From NCBI GenBank assembly GCA_964573695.1, contig CAZNKB010000005.1:46012-110011 (forward strand): a stretch of 64,000 nucleotides of DNA, written 5' to 3'. Each line of letters begins with the position of its first letter. Positions within the stretch are counted from its first letter, which is position 1. The DNA is from an uncultured Gammaproteobacteria bacterium (GTDB lineage: Bacteria > Patescibacteriota > Microgenomatia > UBA10105 > UBA927). Positions 27,769 through 37,231 of this stretch are shown here, in pieces. The notes beneath the pieces are model-generated. The model did not search any database and was not told the origin of the DNA. It was given only the letters and a program-made list of their open reading frames with translations. Made by a program: the position numbers and the translations under genes.

Positions 27769-29061
27769 ATGAAATCCCTGCCATTTTCCAAAATACGTTC
27801 TGTTATTCTTGCTGTTTCCATTCTTATCCTCGTAGGCGGTTTCGGGTACAGATTGGGAGAGCGTAAAGCAACGCTTAACTTCGTCGATAAACGTCCGGTC
27901 ATAAATACTGCCGCCCCCGCTGGTACAAATGTAGATTTCAATCTTTTTTGGGATGTGTGGGGCAAACTCACCCGGTACTATATAGAACCCAAATCGATTG
28001 ACGTTCAGAAATTGGTATACGGGGCGATTTCCGGTATGGTAGCGGCGGTAGGAGATCCCTACACATCATTTTTTCCACCGCAGGAAAACAAGCAATTCAA
28101 AGAAGACTTGGGAGGTGAATTCGAAGGAATAGGGGCGCAGCTCGGGATGAAAGACGGAAGGGTCGTAATTATTTCCCCGCTCAAAGGCACCCCTGCGGAA
28201 GCAGCGGGTGTATTGCCAAACGACATCATTCTCAAAGTCGATGATGATGATACAGCGGGCTGGACTGTCGAGCAGGCGGTCAACAGAATCAGGGGACCCA
28301 AAGGCACCAAAGTACGCCTTACATTGCTTAGCATAGACTCTTCTGAGGGCCCTCATGAGATCAGTATTGTCCGAAATACTATCACCGTGCCTTCCGTGAC
28401 CTGGTGGGTAAGACCCGTGAATGCTATAGAGGAGATTTCTCAAGCGACAGAAGCGGCACAGATAAAAGCAAAATCAGGGAACACCAGAGTGGCGTATATC
28501 AACCTTACCAGGTTCGGAGACAACACGAATACAGATTGGAACAAGGCGGTTGATGAGATTCTGGCATCGGAGAAATCAGGAGGAAAACTTGCTGGATTAG
28601 TTTTGGACTTACGCAACAATCCGGGAGGATATTTAGACGGAGCCGTCTACATAGCGAGCGAATTTATAAAAAGCGGCACCGTAGTCTCGCAGGTCAATAG
28701 CGACGGCACCCGTCAGGATTATCCCACTGACCGCAAAGGCAGGCTTACGAATATGTCGATTGTCGTGCTCGTGAACAAGGGCAGCGCATCGGCCGCGGAG
28801 ATAGTTTCAGGGGCTCTTCGGGACAGTAAACGCGCTAAGCTCGTCGGGGAGACGACCTTCGGCAAAGGGACTGTGCAAACGCCTTTTGATTTGGCTTCGG
28901 GAAGCAGTGTTCACATTACCACAGGCAAATGGCTGTTGCCGGGTGGCGATTCTATCAGCGAAAAAGGATTAACTCCGGATCTTACCGTTTCCTTGGGTAC
29001 AGCATATTCCGCTACGTCAGATGCGCAACTTGCCAGGGCTATAGAGCTTCTCCTTCAGTAA
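27769..29061 (+). CDS. S41 carboxyl-terminal processing protease with PDZ domain
   Basis: GIGA PDZ, LDLRNNPGG, SASAAE, TFGKG. Confidence 0.93.
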   Translation: MKSLPFSKIRSVILAVSILILVGGFGYRLGERKATLNFVDKRPVINTAAPAGTNVDFNLFWDVWGKLTRYYIEPKSIDVQKLVYGAISGMVAAVGDPYTSFFPPQENKQFKEDLGGEFEGIGAQLGMKDGRVVIISPLKGTPAEAAGVLPNDIILKVDDDDTAGWTVEQAVNRIRGPKGTKVRLTLLSIDSSEGPHEISIVRNTITVPSVTWWVRPVNAIEEISQATEAAQIKAKSGNTRVAYINLTRFGDNTNTDWNKAVDEILASEKSGGKLAGLVLDLRNNPGGYLDGAVYIASEFIKSGTVVSQVNSDGTRQDYPTDRKGRLTNMSIVVLVNKGSASAAEIVSGALRDSKRAKLVGETTFGKGTVQTPFDLASGSSVHITTGKWLLPGGDSISEKGLTPDLTVSLGTAYSATSDAQLARAIELLLQ

Positions 29062-29109
29062 TTTTTCAGTTTTGAACATTAACGTAGAGTATCGTATACT
29101 TTATCTATT

Positions 29110-30270
29110 ATGAAGATGCGTCAGGTGCTCATCATAACGGCAGCTCTCCTGTTATTGGTTGGCGGCAGTGTTTCCGCAGGCTGGTTGGGCCTGAATTGGA
29201 ATAAGGTCGATAAACTTTTTAAGTTACCCGGATCAGGAAGTTCCTCTATAAGTTTGCCCTCCGAAAGACTCAAAGTTGTAGAAGAGGAAAACGTCATAAC
29301 GGATGTCGTTGAACGCGTGTCACCGTCTGTCGTGACGGTAGGGGTATCCCAAACGAGGAGAATCGGGGATATTTTCCAGTTCGATCCGTTTGATCCCTCG
29401 TCTTCGGAATCGCTTCCCGGTAGAGGCTCGACGATTGAACAGGATATAGGAAGCGGTTTCGTCATAAGTAGCGACGGGTTGATCGTTACCAACAAACACG
29501 TTGTGTCGGTGCCCAACGCGAAATATCGCGTCATTACCAAAGACGACAAGTCCTATGATGTGGTTAAAATCTATCGCGATCCGGATAATGATCTGGCAAT
29601 TGTCAAAATCAATGCAACCGGACTCACTCCTGTCGAAATGGGAGATTCGGATAAGATAAAAGTCGGTCAAATGGCAATTGCCATAGGTACCGCATTGGGA
29701 GAATTCCGAAACACAGTCACCGTAGGAGTCATTTCCGGGGTCGGGCGGGGAATTACTGCCGGAGGCCCTTTTGACGGATCTGCAGAGAAGCTCGACAACG
29801 TTATCCAGACCGATGCAGCCATTAACCCCGGAAATTCCGGCGGACCATTGCTTAACTCATCCGGTCAGGTCGTGGGGGTAAATACTGCGGTGTCCTCACA
29901 GGGTCAAGGTATCGGGTTTGCTCTGCCTATAAGTGCTGTGAAGGATGCGGTAAATAACTTTAATACCACGGGTCAGTTTAACCGGCCGTTTATGGGAGTC
30001 GAATACCGCATGATTTCCCGGCAAATGGCCGTGCTAAACGAGATTCCTGAAGGGGCATACATTATGACCGTGGTTGAGGGGAGCCCTGCTGCCAAAGCGG
30101 GAGTGCAGGCTGAGGATATCATTACCAAAATCAACGGTGACAAACTGACAACCAACAACGACCTTGCAAAAATTGTCGGCAAGAAAAAGGCAGGGGATGT
30201 TATAAGTCTCACCATTTGGCGCAACGAGAAAGAAACAACCCTTACGGTGACCTTGGGAACCCAGGAATAA
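29110..30270 (+). CDS. HtrA/DegP-family serine protease
   Basis: GSGF, TNKHV, DLA, INPGNSGGPL, single PDZ. Confidence 0.93.
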   Translation: MKMRQVLIITAALLLLVGGSVSAGWLGLNWNKVDKLFKLPGSGSSSISLPSERLKVVEEENVITDVVERVSPSVVTVGVSQTRRIGDIFQFDPFDPSSSESLPGRGSTIEQDIGSGFVISSDGLIVTNKHVVSVPNAKYRVITKDDKSYDVVKIYRDPDNDLAIVKINATGLTPVEMGDSDKIKVGQMAIAIGTALGEFRNTVTVGVISGVGRGITAGGPFDGSAEKLDNVIQTDAAINPGNSGGPLLNSSGQVVGVNTAVSSQGQGIGFALPISAVKDAVNNFNTTGQFNRPFMGVEYRMISRQMAVLNEIPEGAYIMTVVEGSPAAKAGVQAEDIITKINGDKLTTNNDLAKIVGKKKAGDVISLTIWRNEKETTLTVTLGTQE

Positions 30271-30295
30271 TTTACCCGAAGTATACGAAGGGAAG

Positions 30296-30988
30296 TTATG
30301 AAGCGAGCATGGCTTCGGTAATCTTCGCCATTTTTCCTTCGATGATGTCTTCGAGATTATGCCAGGATTTGTTAATCCGGTGGTCGGTCACCCGATTTTG
30401 GGCGAAGTTGTACGTTCGGATTTTTTCACTCCGCATGCCCCTGCCGATAATGCTCCGCTGCTCGCTCATGGATTGTTCGCGCTGTAATAGTTCCCGTTCC
30501 CAGAGCCTTGCCCGTAGCATAGAGAGTGCGACTTGACGATTTTGATATTGGTCACGTTCTGTCTGGCACTGGACGACGATTCCGGTTGGTTTGTGTCGAA
30601 GACGTACAGCAGAGCTTACTTTGTTGACGTTTTGCCCTCCCTTCCCTCCGGCGCGATAGAAGTCCCATTCGACGTCCTCGGACTTGATATATACTTCGTT
30701 TTCCGGTATTTCCGGCAACACTGCTACAGTTGCAGTGGAGGTGTGTATGCGCCCGTGTCGTTCGGTAGCCGGTATTCGTTGTACGCGGTGTGTGCCGGCC
30801 TCATACTGTAACTTGGTGAATGCTTGTGTGCCCCGTATGCGTATAGCGAAGTCATCCAACTGTTCTACCTTCCAACCCAATATTCCTGCGTAACGGGAAT
30901 ACATCCGCATGAGATCGGCGGCCCAGATTTTTGCCTCTTCGCCACCGGGACCTGCACGGAACTCCAAAATAGCAATATCGGTATTCAT
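30296..30988 (-). CDS. prfA: Peptide chain release factor 1, short form lacking N-terminal domain 1
   Basis: PAT (PxT) recognition loop, [18 protein letters not shown]; follows rpmE. Confidence 0.85.
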   Translation of the reverse strand: MNTDIAILEFRAGPGGEEAKIWAADLMRMYSRYAGILGWKVEQLDDFAIRIRGTQAFTKLQYEAGTHRVQRIPATERHGRIHTSTATVAVLPEIPENEVYIKSEDVEWDFYRAGGKGGQNVNKVSSAVRLRHKPTGIVVQCQTERDQYQNRQVALSMLRARLWERELLQREQSMSEQRSIIGRGMRSEKIRTYNFAQNRVTDHRINKSWHNLEDIIEGKMAKITEAMLAS

Positions 30989-31010
30989 GGAAAAAAACAG
31001 CGATAAGGAG

Positions 31011-31310
31011 CTATTTAAGCCCCATTAACATTTCCTTGAGGGACTTCGGGGTCGTATCGCCTAAAGATTGCTGCTTTTTCTTTTTCTTGGAGACGTAGCC
31101 GCTGGTAGCTGCTTTTTTCTGCTTGCTTTGGAATTTTTCCACTCGTCCCATGGTATCGACAAAGCGCATCTCACCGGTGAAAAACGGGTGGCACTTGCCG
31201 CAGATTTCAACCTGGATTTTATCTTTGGTTGCTCCCACGGTAAACGTATTGCCGCATGCGCAGCTCACGACTGCCGCTTGGTACCATTTTGGATGAATAT
31301 CGGACTTCAT
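31011..31310 (-). CDS. rpmE: 50S ribosomal protein L31
   Basis: [27 protein letters not shown]. Confidence 0.95.
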   Translation of the reverse strand: MKSDIHPKWYQAAVVSCACGNTFTVGATKDKIQVEICGKCHPFFTGEMRFVDTMGRVEKFQSKQKKAATSGYVSKKKKKQQSLGDTTPKSLKEMLMGLK

Positions 31311-31368
31311 AGAGGACTATTATAGCAAAAAATCCGAACGACGTATAGTTAGGGATTGCGATACCGAA

Positions 31369-31397
31369 TTGACATATTATAGGATAAAATATATAAT
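31369..31397 (+). promoter_or_regulatory. Consensus sigma70 promoter
   Basis: TTGACA-17bp-TATAAT, 9 nt before the ATG at 31407. Confidence 0.75.
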
Positions 31398-31406
31398 TTT
31401 TTACTT

Positions 31407-31745
31407 ATGCGTCTCACTGTTGTTCATAAGCCTTATCGCTCAGCAAAATTACGTTCAGTTGAAAGGGAGTACAATGCAGGTGAAGTGTTTCGTCATCCGA
31501 CATTGGGGAAAATATTGCTAGATGAGGATGGATTTTTGTATGCGAAAGTGCCGAATAAGCGTAGAACATCTTTTTCTTTATTTACCCGAGCATACGTTGA
31601 AGGAAAAGAAGTGAATGCAAATGTCGCGATTCCGAACGGAGGAGAGGTTAAATCAAATGTAGACACGAAGTACGGGTGGTTTGAAATCGCTGCACGTAAA
31701 ACTCGCAGAAGTTTAGCTTGGGTGAGTATTTTCGTTGAGAAATGA
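31407..31745 (+). CDS. Hypothetical protein
   Basis: ORF directly behind a consensus promoter. Confidence 0.55.
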   Translation: MRLTVVHKPYRSAKLRSVEREYNAGEVFRHPTLGKILLDEDGFLYAKVPNKRRTSFSLFTRAYVEGKEVNANVAIPNGGEVKSNVDTKYGWFEIAARKTRRSLAWVSIFVEK

Positions 31746-31750
31746 CGTCG

Positions 31751-32662
31751 CTAGGTGAATTTCTTTTTCCTTTCTGCAATTAATACCCCAGTTGCAATGA
31801 TAACTCCGCCAATAATGTATGATAAGGTGATCGATTCATGAAGCCATAGTACTGCCAAAACTGCGGCCCACAGCGGTTGAAGATAGGAGTAGAGGGCGGA
31901 CTGGGAAACCTCAATGGATTTCACTGCGATATTGCGCAATGAATACGCGACTGAACCGGACATGATCGCCATAAAAGCGACCCCTAAGTGCGCTTCCCAT
32001 GGGGCACTTATAAGCATTTGCCACGCAGTATGGGGGCTTTGTATGAGAAAAAGTGCGGGCAAGAATATGACAAATCCAATGATAAATTGTACCTGAGCGA
32101 CGAGTGTAGGAGCGGCGCCCTTTTTGATCGCTTCTTTACTCAAGAGCGCTCCGATGATGTCGGTAATTACCGCAAGCAGCATCAGCCCGTTTCCTTCTAG
32201 CTTTCCTAAGCTGTCCATGTGCCCATTCATGATGATCGGTCCGAATACAGTAAGTAGGGTGCCGAGTATGGCGATACTTATGCCCAATTTCTCGTTTTTG
32301 GTTATCCGGTCATGGAAAAATATCACTCCGCCCAGTACCAGAAACAAGGGTCCTGATGCCGTGATAAGGCTTCCCGAAAGTGCCGTAGTTTTATTGAGTG
32401 CCTCGAAAAACAAAAATAAAGAAAGTGGTGCCGAAATGATTCCCGTGAGCATAATAAGCCAGATGAGCGAGGCCTTTTTGGGGAGTGGTACGCCGGAAAA
32501 GGCGAGGTGGGGAAATGCAATCAGCGTACTTATGGCAAACCGGTAGGTCAGAAAAAGCCAGGGGTTAAACCATTGGAGTGTATTTTTGACGACTGGACTT
32601 GCTGCTCCCCAGATAAGTGACACAAGGAGAAGATAGGCGTAGGCAGTGGTACGGCGGTTCAT
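31751..32662 (-). CDS. DMT/EamA-family transporter
   Basis: IWG, YRF, two EamA repeats, YLQP..LHESIT. Confidence 0.9.
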   Translation of the reverse strand: MNRRTTAYAYLLLVSLIWGAASPVVKNTLQWFNPWLFLTYRFAISTLIAFPHLAFSGVPLPKKASLIWLIMLTGIISAPLSLFLFFEALNKTTALSGSLITASGPLFLVLGGVIFFHDRITKNEKLGISIAILGTLLTVFGPIIMNGHMDSLGKLEGNGLMLLAVITDIIGALLSKEAIKKGAAPTLVAQVQFIIGFVIFLPALFLIQSPHTAWQMLISAPWEAHLGVAFMAIMSGSVAYSLRNIAVKSIEVSQSALYSYLQPLWAAVLAVLWLHESITLSYIIGGVIIATGVLIAERKKKFT

Positions 32663-32675
32663 GGCAGTATGTGTG

Positions 32676-33887
32676 CTAATCCCTTGAGAATAATTTGGGA
32701 AGTTCAGCAAGTGATATCTCTTTTTGCTCCTTTGTTTTCATGTTTTTGAGTTTTACGAAGTCTTTTGCTGCTTCATCGGGCCCTTGGATCACGACGTAGG
32801 GGATAGCATTTTTGTCGGCGTACTTAAGCTGCTTTTCCAATTTGTCTGAGCCCGGATACAGATCTGCCGTCACGCCGGCGTTTCTGAGGGTTTTCGCTAT
32901 TTTTTGAGCATTGGATAGCAAATCTTTGGAAAATATGGTGATGAGCACCTGTCCTCCTACCGAGAGAGCGGGGATTAGCCCCATGATTTCCGCGGCTTCC
33001 AACGTGCGGTCGAAGCCAACAGCAAATCCGGTTCCACCAATGTCGCGGCCGGCAAGTTTTTCCAGTAAACCGTCGTATCGCTCTCCTCCAAGAACGGACA
33101 TATTGTACCCGGCATCAGGAATTTCGACTTCCCAAATAGGTCCCATGGAATACGAGAATGACCGTGCAATGGTCGGGTCAAATGCATACCAGTCATCAGA
33201 GAAGCCGTAGTTTTTAAGATATCGTAAAATAAACGCGATCTCCTCATTTGGTTGGAGATTTTTTACGTACGAGAGATATTCCCGTGCTTTCGTAAGCGCG
33301 ATCCCTTTGCGCTCCATTTCCTGTAACACGCCGTCATCGCCGATTTTTTTGATTTTGTCGATAGAGACAATTGCTTCGTAGGGCATGTCTTTAAATAGGG
33401 CACGGCTGTTTATCCTTACGACCGCACGCTTGAAGCCTAACTGTTTGTAGATCTCGAGTGAGAGTGCGATTGTTTCCGCATCGGCGTCAGGCGTTTTGAT
33501 GCCGAAGATATCGGCATCAACCTGAGTAAATTCGCGGTATCTGCCTTTTTGCGGCTTTTCACTGCGGAATGCGGGTTGGATCTGATACCGCTTGAAGGGG
33601 AAGGTGAGCTGGTTTTGGTATTGGGCTATCACACGGCACGTGGGGACCGTCTGGTCGTATCGAAGCGCGACGTCCCGTTCTCCCTGGTCCTTGAATTTAA
33701 AAAATAATTTTTCATCTTCTCCGATAGCACCCACAAAAATTTCCAACGGTTCCAACGTCGGTGTTTCGAGTGGTGAAAACCCCCAATTCTCACAGATTCC
33801 TGCGAGTTTATCCCGGAGCCATTTGCGTTTCGCCGCCTCCGGGGGCAAGAAATCCCGAAATCCTTTGAGAGGTAAAATAGTGTTCAT
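32676..33887 (-). CDS. hisS: Histidine--tRNA ligase
   Basis: KGFRDFLP, LRYDQT, RSEKPQKGRYREFTQ, GFAVGFDR, anticodon-binding domain. Confidence 0.95.
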   Translation of the reverse strand: MNTILPLKGFRDFLPPEAAKRKWLRDKLAGICENWGFSPLETPTLEPLEIFVGAIGEDEKLFFKFKDQGERDVALRYDQTVPTCRVIAQYQNQLTFPFKRYQIQPAFRSEKPQKGRYREFTQVDADIFGIKTPDADAETIALSLEIYKQLGFKRAVVRINSRALFKDMPYEAIVSIDKIKKIGDDGVLQEMERKGIALTKAREYLSYVKNLQPNEEIAFILRYLKNYGFSDDWYAFDPTIARSFSYSMGPIWEVEIPDAGYNMSVLGGERYDGLLEKLAGRDIGGTGFAVGFDRTLEAAEIMGLIPALSVGGQVLITIFSKDLLSNAQKIAKTLRNAGVTADLYPGSDKLEKQLKYADKNAIPYVVIQGPDEAAKDFVKLKNMKTKEQKEISLAELPKLFSRD

Positions 33888-34906
33888 ACGATAGTGAGCT
33901 CCTTTTGCGATCGGGACAACGTGTATATCCCTTTATCCGTTAAGAGTACCAAATCTTCGATACGGATGCCATACGAGCCTTCGATATACACACCCGGTTC
34001 CACCGTGACGACCATGTCTGTTTTGAGAGTTTCCGGTTTTTTGACCGTTAGTCGGGGAGCCTCGTGGATATCGAGTCCTACCGCATGACCAAGCGAGTGT
34101 GGATACACTGGAAGGCCGGTCTGTACAATAATTCTTTGGGCAGCAGCGTCGAGTGTAGCTCCGTTGCGTTCACCTTTGGTGAGCATATCAATTGCTTTTT
34201 TGTTTGCCGCTAACACGGCATTATATGCATTGATCCATTCTGGTTTCGGGGATCCCAAAAATATGACGCGCGTCATATCTGCGCAGTACCCATTCACTTT
34301 CGCGCCAAAATCGAGAAGAATGAGAGATTTTTTGCGTAAGGGACTATTACCCCGAGATACATAGTGTGGCTGACTGCTGTTCGTGTTGAATGCGACAATA
34401 GGGGAAAATGCCAGATCCCCACCTTTGACTCTTAAATAACTTTCTATTTCCCACGCAAGGCGCGACTCGGTGATTCCGGGTTTTATCCGATTGAGTATGA
34501 ATGAGAAACACTGGTCGGTGACGGATGCAGCACGTTTGATGTATTGGATTTCCTGTTTGGTTTTTATCTCACGTAGTGCCTCGATTTTGTTTTTTGTCGG
34601 AGTAAGTGTAAATCCCGAGGCCACGAGCCGTGCGTATTCGGCGTAGGTCAGATTATCCGATTCGAATTCAATTTTTTGTACCGATATATCCGTGAGAGCC
34701 TGCGTAATCGGATATGCGGCAGAAAGGATAATAGGGGATAAGTGTTTGACCTGCTCGGCATAGAGTGAACTGGTAAAAAAATACGTAGTGGTACGTGTTA
34801 TAAGCACATATGCGTCGCGGTTTTCCACTCCGACAAATCCGGTCAAGTACCGGATATTTGTCGGGTTGGTGATCAAAAGACCGTCTTTTTCTATCGGTAC
34901 AATCAT
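33884..34906 (-). CDS. Xaa-Pro aminopeptidase (M24)
   Basis: NIRYLTGF, LDFG, ADMTR, HSLGHAVGLDIHE, TVEPG, GIRIED. Confidence 0.93.
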   Translation of the reverse strand: MIVPIEKDGLLITNPTNIRYLTGFVGVENRDAYVLITRTTTYFFTSSLYAEQVKHLSPIILSAAYPITQALTDISVQKIEFESDNLTYAEYARLVASGFTLTPTKNKIEALREIKTKQEIQYIKRAASVTDQCFSFILNRIKPGITESRLAWEIESYLRVKGGDLAFSPIVAFNTNSSQPHYVSRGNSPLRKKSLILLDFGAKVNGYCADMTRVIFLGSPKPEWINAYNAVLAANKKAIDMLTKGERNGATLDAAAQRIIVQTGLPVYPHSLGHAVGLDIHEAPRLTVKKPETLKTDMVVTVEPGVYIEGSYGIRIEDLVLLTDKGIYTLSRSQKELTIV

Positions 34907-34924
34907 ATTTCTATTATATACTTT

Positions 34925-35152
34925 TTACGGCCTATTAATTTGCCTCTTCGCGTCTTGTTCGGCTTGCTTTAACATCAGACTGAATATCTTTATACCGTTT
35001 CTTTTTTGTTTCCGCGCAAATCTCCTTGCTTCCTGTATCTCTCCGGTCTCTAGCAACGATTGAAAATATTTTTGCCGTTCTTTGGATTCTGCTTGTGCTT
35101 GGGCAGCCTGCCGCGTTGATTCTGTATCCCCAAATTCTCCATAAAAAATCAT
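34925..35152 (-). CDS. Small hypothetical protein
   Basis: GGAGG RBS upstream; lies inside the operon. Confidence 0.45.
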   Translation of the reverse strand: MIFYGEFGDTESTRQAAQAQAESKERQKYFQSLLETGEIQEARRFARKQKRNGIKIFSLMLKQAEQDAKRQINRP

Positions 35153-35171
35153 GTCATGCCACCTCCTTCCT

Positions 35172-36701
35172 TCATTTCATTTTTCCGATAATTTGCTCCG
35201 CTTTTTCGAGTACTTTGTAGGTACGTACAAGCGGCACAAGATTTTCGATATCCTTATAAAACGCCCGATCTTGCGTAATTGCGGGACTTACTGAACGTAC
35301 GAGTGCATAGACTCCCTGGAACGTCGGTGACGGTTTGATCGGTTTCCGAAATTCATACGCCTGGCAGGTAGCCAACAGTTGAATAGCAACGACTGCTTCG
35401 GTATTACGTATAATCTCTCGAGCTTTTCTGGCAGCAATAGTGCCAAATGAAACGTGATCTTCCTGATTGCCCGAGACGGGAATTGAATCCACGCTAGCGG
35501 GGCTGGCGAGAATTTTGTTTTCGGAAACAAGGGCAGCCTGCGTGTACTGGCTGATCATAAGGCCCGAATCCAGTCCGGCGCTTTTGACCAGGAACGCCGG
35601 TAAATCTTTGGAGCACGCCGGATCCATAAGATTATTGGTTTGCCGTTCAGAAATATTACCAAGGTCCGTGACGACAATCCCCAGTAAATCCTGTGTGTAT
35701 CCTATTGGCGCACCGTGAAAGTTAGCACCAGTTCGGCAGACTTTTTCCCGTGTAAAGAAAATCGGATTATCCGCAACCGAGTTCATCTCGATTTCCGTAA
35801 TTTTCCGCACGTAGTCCAGCGCGTCCCGCGCCGCTCCCGAAACCTGGGGGACCGAGCGCAAGGAATAAGCGTTTTGCACCTGTGCCTTAGGTTGCTTCAT
35901 GAGCTCACTGCCTTTGATAATGAGACGGATATTGGCCGCGACCGCGTTTTGCCCCTTATACGGCCGGACTTCGTTATATTCCTTGCTGTAGGCGCTTTCG
36001 ACGCAATTTAAAACGTCGATCGTCATACTACCGACGATCTCCAGTTGTTTGATGAGCCGCTCAGTGTCGTAAATATTAAGAGCTGCAATGGCCGTCATAA
36101 ACTGGCTGCCGTTCATGATTGCCAATCCTTCCCGATACGCAAGCGGTACCACGGGAATTCCGGCATTTTTCATGGCGATGTTACCGGGCATTATTTTCCC
36201 TTTGTAATAGGCTTTTCCTTCTCCTATGACGACCAATCCCATTTGTGATAAGGGAGCAAGATCTCCGGAGGTACCCACCGACCCCTTTTCGTAAAACACA
36301 GGGGTGACGCCCCGATTGAGCATCTCGACAAACGTAAGAAACAGTTTCGGGCGTAATCCGCTATAGCCCTTGGCAAAAACATTGAGCCGAAGCAGCAATG
36401 TCGCCCGCGCAGTTTCCTCATCTACCGGATTGCCGTATCCGGATGAGTGCGCGCGAAGCATGCGTGTAGAGAGTTCTCCTGCTTTATCCTTGGAAATTTT
36501 GACGTTGCCAAACCCTCCAATTCCGGTATTTAGTCCATACATGACATCCCCACGTTCAAGCATTTGCGCTATCGCATCCCAATTTTCCTGAATGCGCTTG
36601 ATGACAGTATTTGGGATGACTACGCGGGCACGCTTGCGTGCTACTTCCACCACGTCTTCAATGGTTAATCCGTCGCCGGATATCGTGATTTGTTTTTTCA
36701 T
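35172..36701 (-). CDS. hutH: MIO-dependent aromatic amino-acid ammonia-lyase, HutH-like
   Basis: YGLNTG, GSVGTSGDLAPL (MIO triad TSG), AYSLR, DNP, ANFHG, NQEDHVS. Confidence 0.8.
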   Translation of the reverse strand: MKKQITISGDGLTIEDVVEVARKRARVVIPNTVIKRIQENWDAIAQMLERGDVMYGLNTGIGGFGNVKISKDKAGELSTRMLRAHSSGYGNPVDEETARATLLLRLNVFAKGYSGLRPKLFLTFVEMLNRGVTPVFYEKGSVGTSGDLAPLSQMGLVVIGEGKAYYKGKIMPGNIAMKNAGIPVVPLAYREGLAIMNGSQFMTAIAALNIYDTERLIKQLEIVGSMTIDVLNCVESAYSKEYNEVRPYKGQNAVAANIRLIIKGSELMKQPKAQVQNAYSLRSVPQVSGAARDALDYVRKITEIEMNSVADNPIFFTREKVCRTGANFHGAPIGYTQDLLGIVVTDLGNISERQTNNLMDPACSKDLPAFLVKSAGLDSGLMISQYTQAALVSENKILASPASVDSIPVSGNQEDHVSFGTIAARKAREIIRNTEAVVAIQLLATCQAYEFRKPIKPSPTFQGVYALVRSVSPAITQDRAFYKDIENLVPLVRTYKVLEKAEQIIGKMK

Positions 36702-36790
36702 AAACTATCCATTTCTCATCCGAAAAATAATGCGGATGGTTCTAGGGATAATTTATGGTTGAAGAAAAATTGTCAGCAGAACGACCCGCG

Positions 36791-36847
36791 TTATGTTATG
36801 CGGGTATGGTGGGGAAGCGATGAAGATATCACTATAGACGAGTTCAT
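36791..36847 (-). CDS. Candidate leader peptide MNSSIVISSSLPHHTRIT
   Basis: 18-codon ORF with tandem His codons between the promoter and hutH, overlapped by an ACCCGC/GCGGGT hairpin. Confidence 0.45.
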   Translation of the reverse strand: MNSSIVISSSLPHHTRIT

Positions 36848-36858
36848 AAGCATGTCAT

Positions 36859-36889
36859 CATGGTAACACGCTAATATGTCTAAAGTCAA
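36859..36889 (-). promoter_or_regulatory. hutH-operon promoter with candidate YerC operator
   Basis: TTGACT-18bp-TACCAT with TG extension; 21-bp box shared with the yerC promoter. Confidence 0.6.
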
Positions 36890-37191
36890 GAGGTCTCTTT
36901 AAAGACGCGGGATGCGATCGTCCTGTAGCCACCCGTTCCGTTATTGAGCCACTGGGCTACTCTTGTGACAGTGGTCGTAGAAACACCCAGTGCTTTTGCA
37001 ATAGTAAGATAAGATTCTCCTCGCATTAAGCGTTTGACCATTTGCCAACGGCTTGCGAATTCTTCGAGTTCGGCAATAGTAAGTAAGTCGCGGAAAAAAT
37101 TAGCCGCTTCCTCTGATGAACGTATTGTTCGGATGGCTTCAAAAAGTTCCTTCATTGCATCAGAGGGGTAGGGAGCTGCTGCTTTTTTCAT
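36886..37191 (-). CDS. TrpR-like repressor (YerC/YecD family)
   Basis: FFRDLLTIAEL..FASRW, SYLTIA..LGVSTTTVTRV, GGY. Confidence 0.88.
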   Translation of the reverse strand: MKKAAAPYPSDAMKELFEAIRTIRSSEEAANFFRDLLTIAELEEFASRWQMVKRLMRGESYLTIAKALGVSTTTVTRVAQWLNNGTGGYRTIASRVFKETS

Positions 37192-37198
37192 ATGCCAG

Positions 37199-37228
37199 CA
37201 TGGTAACACGCCGATATGTGTTTCTCAA
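37199..37228 (-). promoter_or_regulatory. yerC promoter with second copy of the operator box
   Basis: TTGAGA-17bp-TACCAT; 19/21 identity to 36859-36879. Confidence 0.6.
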
Positions 37229-37231
37229 GCG

